From Candidatus Aldehydirespirator sp. (GTDB lineage Bacteria > Actinomycetota > Acidimicrobiia > Acidimicrobiales > Aldehydirespiratoraceae), in contig CBDCSK010000015.1 of NCBI GenBank assembly GCA_965221605.1, positions 595,211 to 659,210 on the forward strand: a stretch of DNA of 64,000 nt, read 5' to 3'. The stretch's first letter is position 1; each line of letters starts with the position of its first letter. Made by a program: the position numbers and the translations under genes. Positions 36,565 to 45,136 of the stretch are shown in pieces. The notes beneath the pieces are model-generated. The model saw only the letters and a program-made list of their open reading frames with translations, was not told where the DNA came from and made no database searches.

Positions 36565-38520
36565 ATGGTGCGCCTGACTGGGCGAGTCGCCGCGACCGTG
36601 CTGGCCGTGCTGGTGCTATGGCCGGCTGTCGCGGCTGCGCAGGACTCCGACTCCAGCGCCGAGGCGAACCCCGGCGCTGAGACCGGAGACGACACCGGGG
36701 CCGGGGCCGCACCCGAACGGACGGCGTGCTCGGAACCGCTCGAGGTCTTCGAAGTGCTGTGCCAGGGCTACGCGCTGCTGTCCGAGCACTACGTGGACGA
36801 CGTGCCCGACGAGGACTGGGCCTCGGCCGCGGCGCGGGGGGTGCGCGAGGCCGGACTCGCCCCCCGCGGCGAGGAAGCGGCGCCGGCTTGTGCGCTGCCC
36901 GCGCCCGCGTTCGAGCAGGTCTGCGTGGCGATCGACGCCGTGGGCGACACCGGGGCTGCGGTCTGGGCGGCCTCAAGGGCGATGTTCGCTTCCCGCGGGG
37001 ATCCCCAGAACTTCCTGATGACCCGCTCGGAGTACGAGCATTTGCTAACTGGCCTCGGGGGCGGGGCTCCCTACGTGGGTATCGGCATCAGCCTGGGCCT
37101 GCTGGACGGCGCTAAGCCCTGCCACGCCCTCTCCGAGAGCTGCCGGCCGGCGGTGGCCGAGGTGTACGCGGGCAGTCCGGCCGAGCGGGCCGGGCTGATG
37201 GCCGACGACATCCTGGTGTCGATAGACGGCTACGTCCCGGCGGGTCCGGTGTGCGGTCTGGGCGGCCTTCATCCCCTTGAGCAGGGGAGCGCGGTGAGGG
37301 TCGTCGTCGAACGCAACGGCCGGCAGAGGTCCCTCGCGGTCGATGTCGAGCCGGTGCACATCCCGACGGTCGACGGCCGGACGGTGGCGGGCAGCATCGG
37401 CTATCTGCGGCTCAGCTCGTTCGGGTCGCGCACCGACGAGTTGGTCGAGCGGGAGCTCCGGGCCCTGATCGATGCCGGTGTCGACAGCCTGGTCGTGGAC
37501 CTGCGGGACAATCCCGGGGGCTTCCTGCAGACCGTCATCGACATCGCCGGCATGTTCCTCGAGAACCGGCAGGTCGTCATACAGGAGGTGTCCAGACGGC
37601 AGACACTGTTGCACCTGGTCAGCGGGCAGGGTGCCCGCCCGGACCCGCCGGTGCTTCCCATAACGATGGTGGTGGACGCAGGATCGGCCTCGGCGTCGGA
37701 GGTCCTGGCGCTGGCCCTGCGGGATCACGGAAGGGCCACAGTGGTCGGCGCCATCACCTTCGGCAAGAACACGGGACAGATAACTCAGCCCCTGCTGTCG
37801 CGTGATGGCACGCTGCTGGGGGGCGCCCGCGTGACCGTGTTCAGGTGGCTGGGTCCCGACGGTGGGAGTGCTGCGGGAGGCATCCAGCCCGATGTCGAGC
37901 TCGATCTCGCGGCCTGCTGGCATCCGATCGCGCTGGCTCGGCAGGTTGCGGCCGCGGCCGGGCTGCCGGGCGTCCTGCCGGCCGACATCGACCTGGAGGG
38001 CGAGCGCTACGACGCAGTGAGGGCCCTCACCGCTGACGGGGTCCTCGCGGGCACCGGATGCGCGCCGGGCCTCTTCTGTCCCGGCGATCCCATCCCGCGC
38101 TGGATGATGGCGGTGTGGCTGGTGCGGGTCGTGGACGGCCACGACCCCGAGCCGGTCATTTCCTCGAGGTTCTCCGATGTGGATTCCGGCCAGTGGTGGG
38201 CCGCGCACGTCGAGCGCCTGGCGGAGATCGGCGTCACCGCCGGCTGCGCGACCGGACCGGCTGAGTACTGCCCCGACGATGCGGCGACGCGGGCCGAGAT
38301 GGCCACATTCCTCAGACGGGCCTTCGCTGTCGACCCGGCCGTCCCCCAGGGGTTCGTCGATACCGGCGGCAGCGCCCACGAGGCCAACATCGACGCTCTG
38401 CACCGCGCCGGGATCACCGCGGGCTGCTCGACCGAGCCGCTGCGCTTCTGCCCGCAGCAGGACACCACCCGGGCTCAGATGGCGTTGTTCCTCGAGCGGG
38501 CCCGCAACCGCTTCAACTGA
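36565..38520 (+). CDS. Secreted S41 (C-terminal processing) peptidase with PDZ domain and C-terminal SLH-like repeats
   Basis: Signal peptide MVRLTGRVAATVLAVLVLWPAVAAAQ. PDZ (GSPAERAGLMADDILVSIDG). S41 core (DLRDNPGG...GSASASEVLA). Three C-terminal repeats of the type F.D......H...I..L...G...GC. Confidence 0.85.
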   Translation: MVRLTGRVAATVLAVLVLWPAVAAAQDSDSSAEANPGAETGDDTGAGAAPERTACSEPLEVFEVLCQGYALLSEHYVDDVPDEDWASAAARGVREAGLAPRGEEAAPACALPAPAFEQVCVAIDAVGDTGAAVWAASRAMFASRGDPQNFLMTRSEYEHLLTGLGGGAPYVGIGISLGLLDGAKPCHALSESCRPAVAEVYAGSPAERAGLMADDILVSIDGYVPAGPVCGLGGLHPLEQGSAVRVVVERNGRQRSLAVDVEPVHIPTVDGRTVAGSIGYLRLSSFGSRTDELVERELRALIDAGVDSLVVDLRDNPGGFLQTVIDIAGMFLENRQVVIQEVSRRQTLLHLVSGQGARPDPPVLPITMVVDAGSASASEVLALALRDHGRATVVGAITFGKNTGQITQPLLSRDGTLLGGARVTVFRWLGPDGGSAAGGIQPDVELDLAACWHPIALARQVAAAAGLPGVLPADIDLEGERYDAVRALTADGVLAGTGCAPGLFCPGDPIPRWMMAVWLVRVVDGHDPEPVISSRFSDVDSGQWWAAHVERLAEIGVTAGCATGPAEYCPDDAATRAEMATFLRRAFAVDPAVPQGFVDTGGSAHEANIDALHRAGITAGCSTEPLRFCPQQDTTRAQMALFLERARNRFN

Positions 38521-38590
38521 CACCGGGTTCCCGCCGCGGGGCGGGTACGACTTCAACTGACACCGGGTTCCCGCCGCGGGGCGGGTACGA
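38511..38590 (+). repeat. Perfect 40-bp tandem duplication spanning the peptidase stop codon and a GC hairpin
   Basis: CTTCAACTGACACCGGGTTCCCGCCGCGGGGCGGGTACGA occurs twice (38511-38550 and 38551-38590). Each unit contains the hairpin CCCGCC-GCGG-GGCGGG (38530-38545 and 38570-38585). Confidence 0.9.
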
Positions 38591-38628
38591 CCACGGGAGC
38601 GCCGTTCGCGGGCCTCTAGCCTGGGTGG

Positions 38629-39588
38629 ATGGCCAAGCGCAAGCGTCGGGTCGCCGCCGGAGTAGGTGCGAGCACGGTCCCGCGGTCGGATCCGCCGGTG
38701 CGGCCGGGGCTGGTGAGCTCCCAGCGGCGCGTGCCGGCCGGCATCGAGCGCCCGCCCTACGCGCTGCTGCCCGGCGGGGAGCCCGATCCTCCCACGTCGT
38801 CGCTGGCGAGGACTCCTGACGAGCTGGGCGCCATGCGCCGGACCGGGGCGCTCGCGGCCGAGGTGCTGATCGCGACCTGCGAGCAGGTGCGAGCGGGGAT
38901 GGCCACCGACGCCATCGACCGGTTCGTGCACGAGGCCGCGCTGGCCGCGGGCGCCTACCCGAGCCCGCTCGGATACCGGGGCTATCCGAAGTCGGTGTGC
39001 ACCTCGGTGAACGAGGTGATCTGCCACGGGATCCCCGACTCGCGCCGGCTGGCCTCTGGCGACATCGTCAACATCGACGTCACCGTGTACCGGGAGGGCG
39101 TCCACGGCGACACCTCGGTGACTCTGATGATCGGCGATGTGGACGAGTACTCCCGGCGGCTGGTGACCGAGACCCGTACCGCGCTGTACGCGGGCATCGG
39201 GGCGGTGCGGCCCGGTGCGGTGGTGTCGGACATCGGGCGGGCCATCCAGACCCACGCCACCAGGCACGGCCTCGGCGTCGTGCGGGAGTTCATCGGCCAC
39301 GGCGTCGGCACCGAGTTCCACTCGGGTCTTCAGGTGCCCCACTACTACGACCGGCGCAACTCCACGGTGCTCGGAGAGGCGATGACTTTCACCATCGAGC
39401 CCATGCTCACGCTGGGCTCGCCCGAGGCGGCGATGTGGGACGACGGGTGGACCGCGGTGACCCTCGACGGCCGCCGGACCGCCCAGTTCGAGCACACCCT
39501 GGCCTGCACCGCGGACGGCGCCGAGATCCTGACCCGCACCGCCTCGGGCGAGTGCGCCCACGACCTGTTCGCCGGACCCGTCGGCTAG
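38629..39588 (+). CDS. map: Type I methionine aminopeptidase (with N-terminal extension)
   Basis: VCHGIP-type motif (EVICHGIPD), DIVNIDVT, HGD, HGVG, EPM. Confidence 0.95.
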   Translation: MAKRKRRVAAGVGASTVPRSDPPVRPGLVSSQRRVPAGIERPPYALLPGGEPDPPTSSLARTPDELGAMRRTGALAAEVLIATCEQVRAGMATDAIDRFVHEAALAAGAYPSPLGYRGYPKSVCTSVNEVICHGIPDSRRLASGDIVNIDVTVYREGVHGDTSVTLMIGDVDEYSRRLVTETRTALYAGIGAVRPGAVVSDIGRAIQTHATRHGLGVVREFIGHGVGTEFHSGLQVPHYYDRRNSTVLGEAMTFTIEPMLTLGSPEAAMWDDGWTAVTLDGRRTAQFEHTLACTADGAEILTRTASGECAHDLFAGPVG

Positions 39589-40727
39589 CCCCGGGCCGCC
39601 GGCGGTGGACGGCGCAGGCGGCTGCGGTCCCTATTCTGCGGGTACGGGCGCCGGGCCTGGTATGGCAGTCGTGGCTGGCCCTGGGCGTCGGTCGGGGGCG
39701 GAGCGGGCTCAGGCAGTGCCGACGGGGGAGGGGTCAGGCCTCGGCGGGCGTAGGTGCCGACCGCGAAGTCGGGATCGCGGCGCAGGCGTTGGATGAGCCC
39801 GAGGCGGCGGGGGTCGTTGGCGTCGACGACGATTGACTCTGACACGTCGGTGATCCCGTGCACCGCGGCCACCTCCTCGGCGGCGATCAGCGAGCAGCGC
39901 CGGGCAGCTTCGATCATGCAGTAGACGAACTCCGGTGTGACCTTGGACAGGCTGGCTGCCGAACTCTTGGCTCCGGTGTAGGTGCCGACGACTCGCCACG
40001 GCGAGACGTCCCCGGGATCGAGGGGCGAGATGGCGCTGTGGAAGCGCTGCCGGGCCGCCTGGGGCAGGCATTCGAGCAGGTGTTGGATGTGATGGCCCTG
40101 GGTGCCCCGCTCGGGGTACTGGCCGCACACGCCCCGGGTGTAGGCCTTCAGGGCGGTCTCGACCGCGGCGTGGGAGTCCTCGCAGATCTCGATCATCCGC
40201 CGGAACCGGCTGCGGTCCCAGCGGTCGGCCTGGCCGTGGAGGAGCGCATCGAACTCGTCGTGGCATGGGGTCAGCGCGTTGAACGCCTTCAGGAGGGCGT
40301 CTTCGAGCGCGCTGAGGTCCTGGTGGGTCTCGTCGGCGTCGGTGGTGGGCATCGGCGTGTCCTTGTCCCAGTCGATTTCCTGGTTCGGGGGCCGGTCCAC
40401 CAGCGCCACGGCGCCTTGGTGAATGCCTGCTTCGAACGATGTGCGCATCCGGGTGCGCTTGCGCCATTCGGGACGGTCGGTGACGAACACGTCGGTGGGA
40501 TGTCCCGAGGCTTCACGGGCGGCTACCTGGGCCTCGTAACTGAGCTTGCGGCGCCCGGAGTAGTCGCCGAGGTCGTCGAACACCGCCACGAGGTCGATGT
40601 CGGATGAGGCGGCCGCCGTGCCGTCGGCCACCGATCCGAACAGCAGCACCCGCGCCGCGTCCATCCGTACGAGCGCTAGAGCGGCCCGCTCAGCGTCGCC
40701 GCGGGTCGGTGCCGCTGTGCTCGACAT
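39585..40727 (-). CDS. Nucleotidyltransferase (MNT-type) domain fused to a helical HEPN-like domain
   Basis: N-terminal LFGSVADGTAAASSDIDLVAVF (GS...DxD pol-beta NTase motif). A helical C-terminal half and a Pro-rich tail. ATG 40727, with an alternative GTG at 40742. Its stop shares the palindrome CTAG with the convergent map stop. Confidence 0.65.
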   Translation of the reverse strand: MSSTAAPTRGDAERAALALVRMDAARVLLFGSVADGTAAASSDIDLVAVFDDLGDYSGRRKLSYEAQVAAREASGHPTDVFVTDRPEWRKRTRMRTSFEAGIHQGAVALVDRPPNQEIDWDKDTPMPTTDADETHQDLSALEDALLKAFNALTPCHDEFDALLHGQADRWDRSRFRRMIEICEDSHAAVETALKAYTRGVCGQYPERGTQGHHIQHLLECLPQAARQRFHSAISPLDPGDVSPWRVVGTYTGAKSSAASLSKVTPEFVYCMIEAARRCSLIAAEEVAAVHGITDVSESIVVDANDPRRLGLIQRLRRDPDFAVGTYARRGLTPPPSALPEPAPPPTDAQGQPRLPYQARRPYPQNRDRSRLRRPPPAARG

Positions 40728-40821
40728 GTCAGCAGGATACACGATGATCAGTGAGAATCTCAGACATACTCATGCTAGCGGTCGACCAAGGCTGAATTTG
40801 CTATACCAGATTGGTAGAATC

Positions 40822-41046
40822 ATGGGCATGGACCTCAACATCAAGGGACTCGACGACGATGTGGGCAGGCGGCTGCGTGAGCAGGCCGAGGCCGCGGGGC
40901 TCTCGGTGCAGCAGTACGTGCGCGACCATCTGACGCGAGTCGCCTCGCGCCCTTCCCCGGCCGAGGTCGTCCGCGGCGCCGAGCCGATGACACGCGCCGA
41001 GTTCGAGGCCGTCCGGCGACGCCTGCGCGGGACCGATGGCCGATAG
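40822..41046 (+). CDS. vapB: RHH-type antitoxin (VapB/FitA-like)
   Basis: MGMDLNIKGLDDDVGRRLREQAEAAGLSVQQYVRDHL. Overlaps the downstream PIN gene by 11 nt. Confidence 0.7.
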   Translation: MGMDLNIKGLDDDVGRRLREQAEAAGLSVQQYVRDHLTRVASRPSPAEVVRGAEPMTRAEFEAVRRRLRGTDGR

Positions 41047-41410
41047 TGTCGTCTGCGACGCCGGGGGCGTGCTGGTGGCTTGCGGCGCCATCGAGGGCGC
41101 GGCGCCGCGGGCGATGCAGGTCCTTGCCCTCGACTGGTCGGCCCTGACCATCGGGCGCTTCCTGGCGGCCCGCCACGAGGGGCGACCAGAGGTGATCGAG
41201 GTCGAGACCGGGCTCGCGCTCCTCAGCGTCTACGAGTGGTTCCCGGTCCGCACGTTCGTTGTCGACACGATCACCCGAGCCGGGCTCGATGCCCACGACG
41301 CCCTCGACTCGTGGTCGGCGCTCGTGCTGGCCGAGAACCTCGAACTGCCGCTGTTCACCGCCTCCGACGAGATCGCCAGCGACCGAATCGAGATCCTCCG
41401 CCCCTGGTGA
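41036..41410 (+). CDS. vapC: PIN-domain toxin (VapC-like)
   Basis: 124 aa. N-terminal acidic residue in VVCDAGGVL and C-terminal LVLAENLELPLFTASDE, typical of PIN. Confidence 0.7.
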   Translation: MADSVVCDAGGVLVACGAIEGAAPRAMQVLALDWSALTIGRFLAARHEGRPEVIEVETGLALLSVYEWFPVRTFVVDTITRAGLDAHDALDSWSALVLAENLELPLFTASDEIASDRIEILRPW

Positions 41411-41454
41411 CCCCGACCGGCGCCGGAGCCTTCATCGGCTTCGGGCATCGCCAC

Positions 41455-41540
41455 GGCTGCGGCAATGGAGGCGGATCCTCGTCCTCGATGATCGGCCCTG
41501 ACCATCGCGCGCCCCCTGTCGGCCGGCCACGATGGGCAGC
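41455..41540 (+). pseudogene. vapC-paralog pseudogene, 5' fragment (interrupted by IS982)
   Basis: GATCGGCCCTGACCATCG...CACGATGGGCAGC aligns with vapC 41146-41190. Continuity resumes at 42581. Confidence 0.6.
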
Positions 41541-42580
41541 TAGACGAGTAGTTCCAAGGGGTGCGGGGGTGGTGGTGGGTCCGCGTCGTTGGGTTTGAGG
41601 GTGTCCAAGATCTGGGCTGTCAACAAGCCCCGATCTTGGAGGATCTCGGCATGAACCCGGACTTGGACACCCTCGCGACTGCACTGTATGTGCGGATCGA
41701 CGATTTGTTGGCGGCGAACCCGCAGTGGGCGCCGCTTCGGCCCGCGGTGGGGATCGCGCCTGCGCTGTCGGACGCGGAGCTGGTCACGCTGGCGGTGCTT
41801 CAGGCGCTGCTGGGCTTCGACTCTGAGGCCCGCTTCGTCCGCTACGCCAGAGCGCACCTGGGGCCGTGGTTCCCCTATGTGCCCCAGCGCAGCGGCTACA
41901 ACAAGCGGCTGCGCCGGGCCGGCGAGATGATGCGCCACGTGATCGCGGCGCTGGCGCGGGAGTGCCCGATGTGGCACGACGACGTGTGGCTGGTGGACTC
42001 CACGCCTGTCGAGTGCGGCCGCAGCCGAAGCACCCAGCAGCGCTCCGACCTCGCAGGATGGGCCGCCTACGGCTACTGCGCCTCGCACTCGCGGTGGTTC
42101 TGGGGGCTGCGCCTGCACCTCATCACCACACCGGCGGGACTGCCGGTCGCGTACGCGCTCACCGCAGCCGGAGACGACGAGCGCGACACCTGCCTCGAGA
42201 TGATCGCCAGAGCCGGGATCGCCCGGGCGGGCCAGACTCTCATCGCCGACAAGGGATACCGCTCAGCAGCCTTCGAAGCCGCCCTCAACGCCGCCGGCGT
42301 CACACTCATCCGGCCCGCCGCCAAAGGCGAGCCGCCCCGACCCGGGCGACAGTTCCTGCGCCCGCTGCGCCAGATCATCGAGTCCATCAACCAGACCCTC
42401 AAAGCCCAACTCGGCCTCGAACGCCACCACGGCCGCACCAGACCAGGCGTCGCCGCGCGCGTCCTGCAACGGCTCCTCGCCCTCACCGCAGCAATCTGGC
42501 ACAACCAAACCACCCAACAACCCGGCCCCGCCCGCAGCCTCACCGCCTACGACCACTAACCCCTTGGAACTACTCATCTA
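41541..42580 (+). mobile_element. IS982-family insertion sequence (1040 bp)
   Basis: 22-bp terminal inverted repeats: TAGACGAGTAGTTCCAAGGGGT (41541-41562) and ACCCCTTGGAACTACTCATCTA (42559-42580), 1 mismatch. A single transposase ORF lies inside. Confidence 0.85.
41651..42559 (+). CDS. IS982-family DDE transposase
   Basis: 302 aa from MNPDLDTLATALYVRIDDLL. DSTPVECGRS...GYCASHSRWFWGLRLHL...IADKGYRS pattern. Confidence 0.85.
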   Translation: MNPDLDTLATALYVRIDDLLAANPQWAPLRPAVGIAPALSDAELVTLAVLQALLGFDSEARFVRYARAHLGPWFPYVPQRSGYNKRLRRAGEMMRHVIAALARECPMWHDDVWLVDSTPVECGRSRSTQQRSDLAGWAAYGYCASHSRWFWGLRLHLITTPAGLPVAYALTAAGDDERDTCLEMIARAGIARAGQTLIADKGYRSAAFEAALNAAGVTLIRPAAKGEPPRPGRQFLRPLRQIIESINQTLKAQLGLERHHGRTRPGVAARVLQRLLALTAAIWHNQTTQQPGPARSLTAYDH

Positions 42581-42710
42581 GCCGCGATCGAGGTCGAGAC
42601 TGGGCTTGGCACTCCTCAAGCGTCTACGAGTGGTTCCCGGTCGGCACGTTCGTCGTCGACACGATCTCCCGGCTCTCGTGCGTCACGGTCCACCAGCCGA
42701 GGGGCGAGAT
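42581..42710 (+). pseudogene. vapC-paralog pseudogene, 3' fragment (frameshifted)
   Basis: GCGATCGAGGTCGAGACTGGG...TCTACGAGTGGTTCCCGGTCGGCACGTTCGTCGTCGACACGATC aligns with vapC 41194-41270, with a 1-nt insertion. Confidence 0.6.
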
Positions 42711-42851
42711 ATGACGGACATGCCGATGTGGGTCCAGGCCGCCGTGAACGACGAGCGGCGCAAGCTCAGGGAGAACCTGCGGTTGCAGGTGCCGGCTGAG
42801 AGGGCAGAGGCCAAGATCGGGCTTCGAGTGTGCGGCGGACTCCCGGAATAG
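42711..42851 (+). pseudogene. Truncated paralog of the RelE/ParE-like gene at 46799..47080
   Basis: MTDMPMWVQAAVNDERRKLRENLRLQVPAERAEAKI then diverges and stops. The first 36 residues are about 85% identical to 46799. Confidence 0.55.
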
Positions 42852-42958
42852 TCTCGGAGTTACACGCCACAACCATGGCCACATACCACGCTCAATGAAG
42901 CTGGGAGCCCGCCACACGGAACTGCAATGGCAAGTCGATCCGAGTTGGTCCTCGCCCC

Positions 42959-43040
42959 TGCAAAGTGCCCGGCAATGGCCCTGCAATATGCTCGCTATAG
43001 ATCCTGCAATATGCTCGGCAATTTATCTGCAATATGCATG
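42959..43040 (+). repeat. 23-bp-phased TGCA-core direct repeat array upstream of ATPase paralog 2
   Basis: TGCA cores at 42959, 42982, 43005 and 43028 (CTGCAAAGTGC / CTGCAATATGC x3). One extra out-of-phase unit at 42923. Confidence 0.75.
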
Positions 43041-43070
43041 CTGATCATTTGGTGAAGGTATGATGAGCCT

Positions 43071-44363
43071 ATGTCATCGGCCTCCTTCGGACAGGCGGGA
43101 CCGCTCACTCCGGACGGCTACCTAACGCGGGTCGCCGATGTCGTGGTGGGACGGGCGCTGGCGATCTCCCCGATCGTCGTGGTGGAGGGTGCCCGCGGCA
43201 CCGGCAAGTCGTGGACCGGCCTTCGCCATGCCCGCAGCCAGATCCGGCTCGACCGCGACCCCGGCGCCGTAGAGGCCGCCTCGCTGCGGCCTGGCGCGGC
43301 CCTGGAGGGCGACCGGCCGCGACTCGTCGACGAGTGGCAGCTCGCTCCGGGCCTGTGGAACTTCGCCCGCCATGTTGTGGACGCCGAGTCGGGCCGGGGC
43401 CGCTTCATCTTCACAGGATCGGCCCATCCGCCCGACGACCGCACCCGTCACTCCGGCGCGGGCCGCGTGGTGCGGGTGCGGATGCGGCCCATGTCGCTGG
43501 CGGAGTCGGGCGAGTCGTCGGGCGAGGTGTCTCTCGGCTCGCTGCTCGCCGGCGGCGACTGCTCGGCGGGGGCTTCTGCCGCCACCGTCGATGACGTGGT
43601 GGAGGCGCTGTGCCGGGGCGGCTGGCCTCGCCATCTGGGGATGGCGGTGGCGGACGCACAGTCGCTGTGCCGCGCCTACCTGCAGGAGGTTGCTCGGGCA
43701 GACATCGGCCGGCTGGGGCGGTCGCGGCACCGGCCCGAGGGCGTTCGGAGGCTGCTGTCCTCGCTGAGCCGCAACATCGCGACCGCGGCCGCGGCGAGCA
43801 CCCTGTCCGACGACATCGCCGGTGACGCCTCGCCTTCCCGGAACACGGTGGCGGAGTACCTGGAGGCGCTCAGGCGGGTGTTCGTGGTCGAGGACCTGCC
43901 GGCCTGGGCGGTGCACCTCAGGTCGCGGGCGCGGTTGCGGCGGTCTCCCAAGCGTCATCTGGTGGATCCTTCGCTGGCGGCGGCGACGCTGCGGGCTGGA
44001 CCTGAGCGCCTGTGGCGTGATGTCGGCTATCTGGGTCAGGCTTTCGAGTCGCTGGTGGTGCGCGATCTGCGGGTGTACGCGGAGGCGAACGACGCCGACG
44101 TGTGGCACTTCCGCGACAGCAACGGCCACGAGCTCGACGCCGTGGTGGCGCATGGCGACGGCCGCTGGCTGGCCGTGGAGGTCAAGCTGGGTTCCGGGGA
44201 GCGGCTGGACGAGGCCGCCCGGTCGCTCACGCGGGCCTGTGAACAGATCGACCCATCCAAGGTGGGCGAGCCTGCCAAGAAGCTGGTGATTACCGCCGCC
44301 GGCTACGGCTACGAGCGCCCCGACGGCGTGACGGTGCTGCCCATCACCGCCCTCGGCCCGTAG
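43071..44363 (+). CDS. AAA_14 / DUF4143-type ATPase (paralog 2)
   Basis: 430 aa. Walker A GARGTGKSW, LVDEWQ, C-terminal HELDAVV...AVEVKLG. Confidence 0.85.
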   Translation: MSSASFGQAGPLTPDGYLTRVADVVVGRALAISPIVVVEGARGTGKSWTGLRHARSQIRLDRDPGAVEAASLRPGAALEGDRPRLVDEWQLAPGLWNFARHVVDAESGRGRFIFTGSAHPPDDRTRHSGAGRVVRVRMRPMSLAESGESSGEVSLGSLLAGGDCSAGASAATVDDVVEALCRGGWPRHLGMAVADAQSLCRAYLQEVARADIGRLGRSRHRPEGVRRLLSSLSRNIATAAAASTLSDDIAGDASPSRNTVAEYLEALRRVFVVEDLPAWAVHLRSRARLRRSPKRHLVDPSLAAATLRAGPERLWRDVGYLGQAFESLVVRDLRVYAEANDADVWHFRDSNGHELDAVVAHGDGRWLAVEVKLGSGERLDEAARSLTRACEQIDPSKVGEPAKKLVITAAGYGYERPDGVTVLPITALGP

Positions 44364-44857
44364 CCCGCCTCGGCTGAGCCGGGAGAACGCACGACGATCC
44401 TCCGGCTCGTCGTCCCTGCCACCCGCCCGGGTCCGTGGCCTGCGGCCGTGGCCGTGGTCAGATCCGAGATGTTGGCGTTGATGACGCCAGCGGTCTCGAG
44501 CGCGACGATGAGAGCAGTCAGCTTCAGGCCCAGTTCGTCGATCTTCTCTTCCAGCTCCTCTATCTTCGTGTCTTGGGCCGCGAATCTGTCGTCCATCTTC
44601 ACTTCGAGACGCGTGATCCTGTCGTTGGTGTCGCTGATCCGTACGTTGGTGACGGTGAGCGAGAAGCCCAGCAGCACGACCACGACGGCGCCGAGTATGG
44701 CGGGCAGGGGGTCCTCCACGAGCTTGGCCCATGTGCTCGGCCTCACCGCCGGGGCGGATCCGGCCGGGGCAGGTTCCGGCAGTGTCGGTCGGGGGTCGGC
44801 CATAGGGTCGTTGTGTGGTTGCGGTTGGAGCGTCGCTGGTGGGAGGGATGCGGTCAC
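44309..44857 (-). CDS. Membrane-anchored coiled-coil protein (hypothetical)
   Basis: TM helix LPAILGAVVVVLLGFSLTV followed by the heptad-like ITRLEVKMDDRFAAQDTKIEELEEKIDELGLKL. The last ~18 codons run antisense through the ATPase 3' end, so the true C-terminus is uncertain. Confidence 0.45.
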   Translation of the reverse strand: MTASLPPATLQPQPHNDPMADPRPTLPEPAPAGSAPAVRPSTWAKLVEDPLPAILGAVVVVLLGFSLTVTNVRISDTNDRITRLEVKMDDRFAAQDTKIEELEEKIDELGLKLTALIVALETAGVINANISDLTTATAAGHGPGRVAGTTSRRIVVRSPGSAEAGYGPRAVMGSTVTPSGRS

Positions 44858-45011
44858 GGTGCCTCGCTTGAGGGGGCGGCGCGTGGCTCGGCGCTGTCGT
44901 GTGTGGATGACTGCCGCGTAGCCCGGCAGCGAGGCACAGTAGATGAAAATACACTACAACCTATGTTGTGTCAACTTTGTCGAGCCCGTCCGCACCCCTG
45001 CTCACAGTAGT

Positions 45012-45116
45012 TGCGGATAGCCGATCACAGGAATTGCAAACTGTTGGTTCAATATGTTGCAGATCGCTGATTCCAAGAGTTGCAGATTGCTGGTATGAAT
45101 ATTGCAGAATGCTGGT
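45012..45116 (+). repeat. 23-bp-phased TGCA-core direct repeat array upstream of ATPase paralog 3
   Basis: Cores at 45012 (TGCG), 45035, 45058, 45081 and 45103: TTGCGGATAGCC / TTGCAAACTGTT / TTGCAGATCGCT / TTGCAGATTGCT / TTGCAGAATGCT. Confidence 0.75.
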
Positions 45117-45136
45117 GATAGCCCTATTGTGCGACT

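Noticed and set aside
35016-36695. 559-aa version of the CDF transporter ORF and the 346-aa version of the hydrolase ORF (34324..35364).
   Set aside because: The upstream extensions are Arg/Pro-rich and lack family similarity. Internal starts at 35930 (ATG) and 35019 (GTG, with a GTGA overlap) give proteins of canonical length.
41541-42580. Target-site duplication flanking the IS982-family element.
   Set aside because: The flanks (GATGGGCAGC on the left, GCCGCGATCG on the right) share no direct repeat. The TAG/CTA at the ends are part of the inverted repeats.
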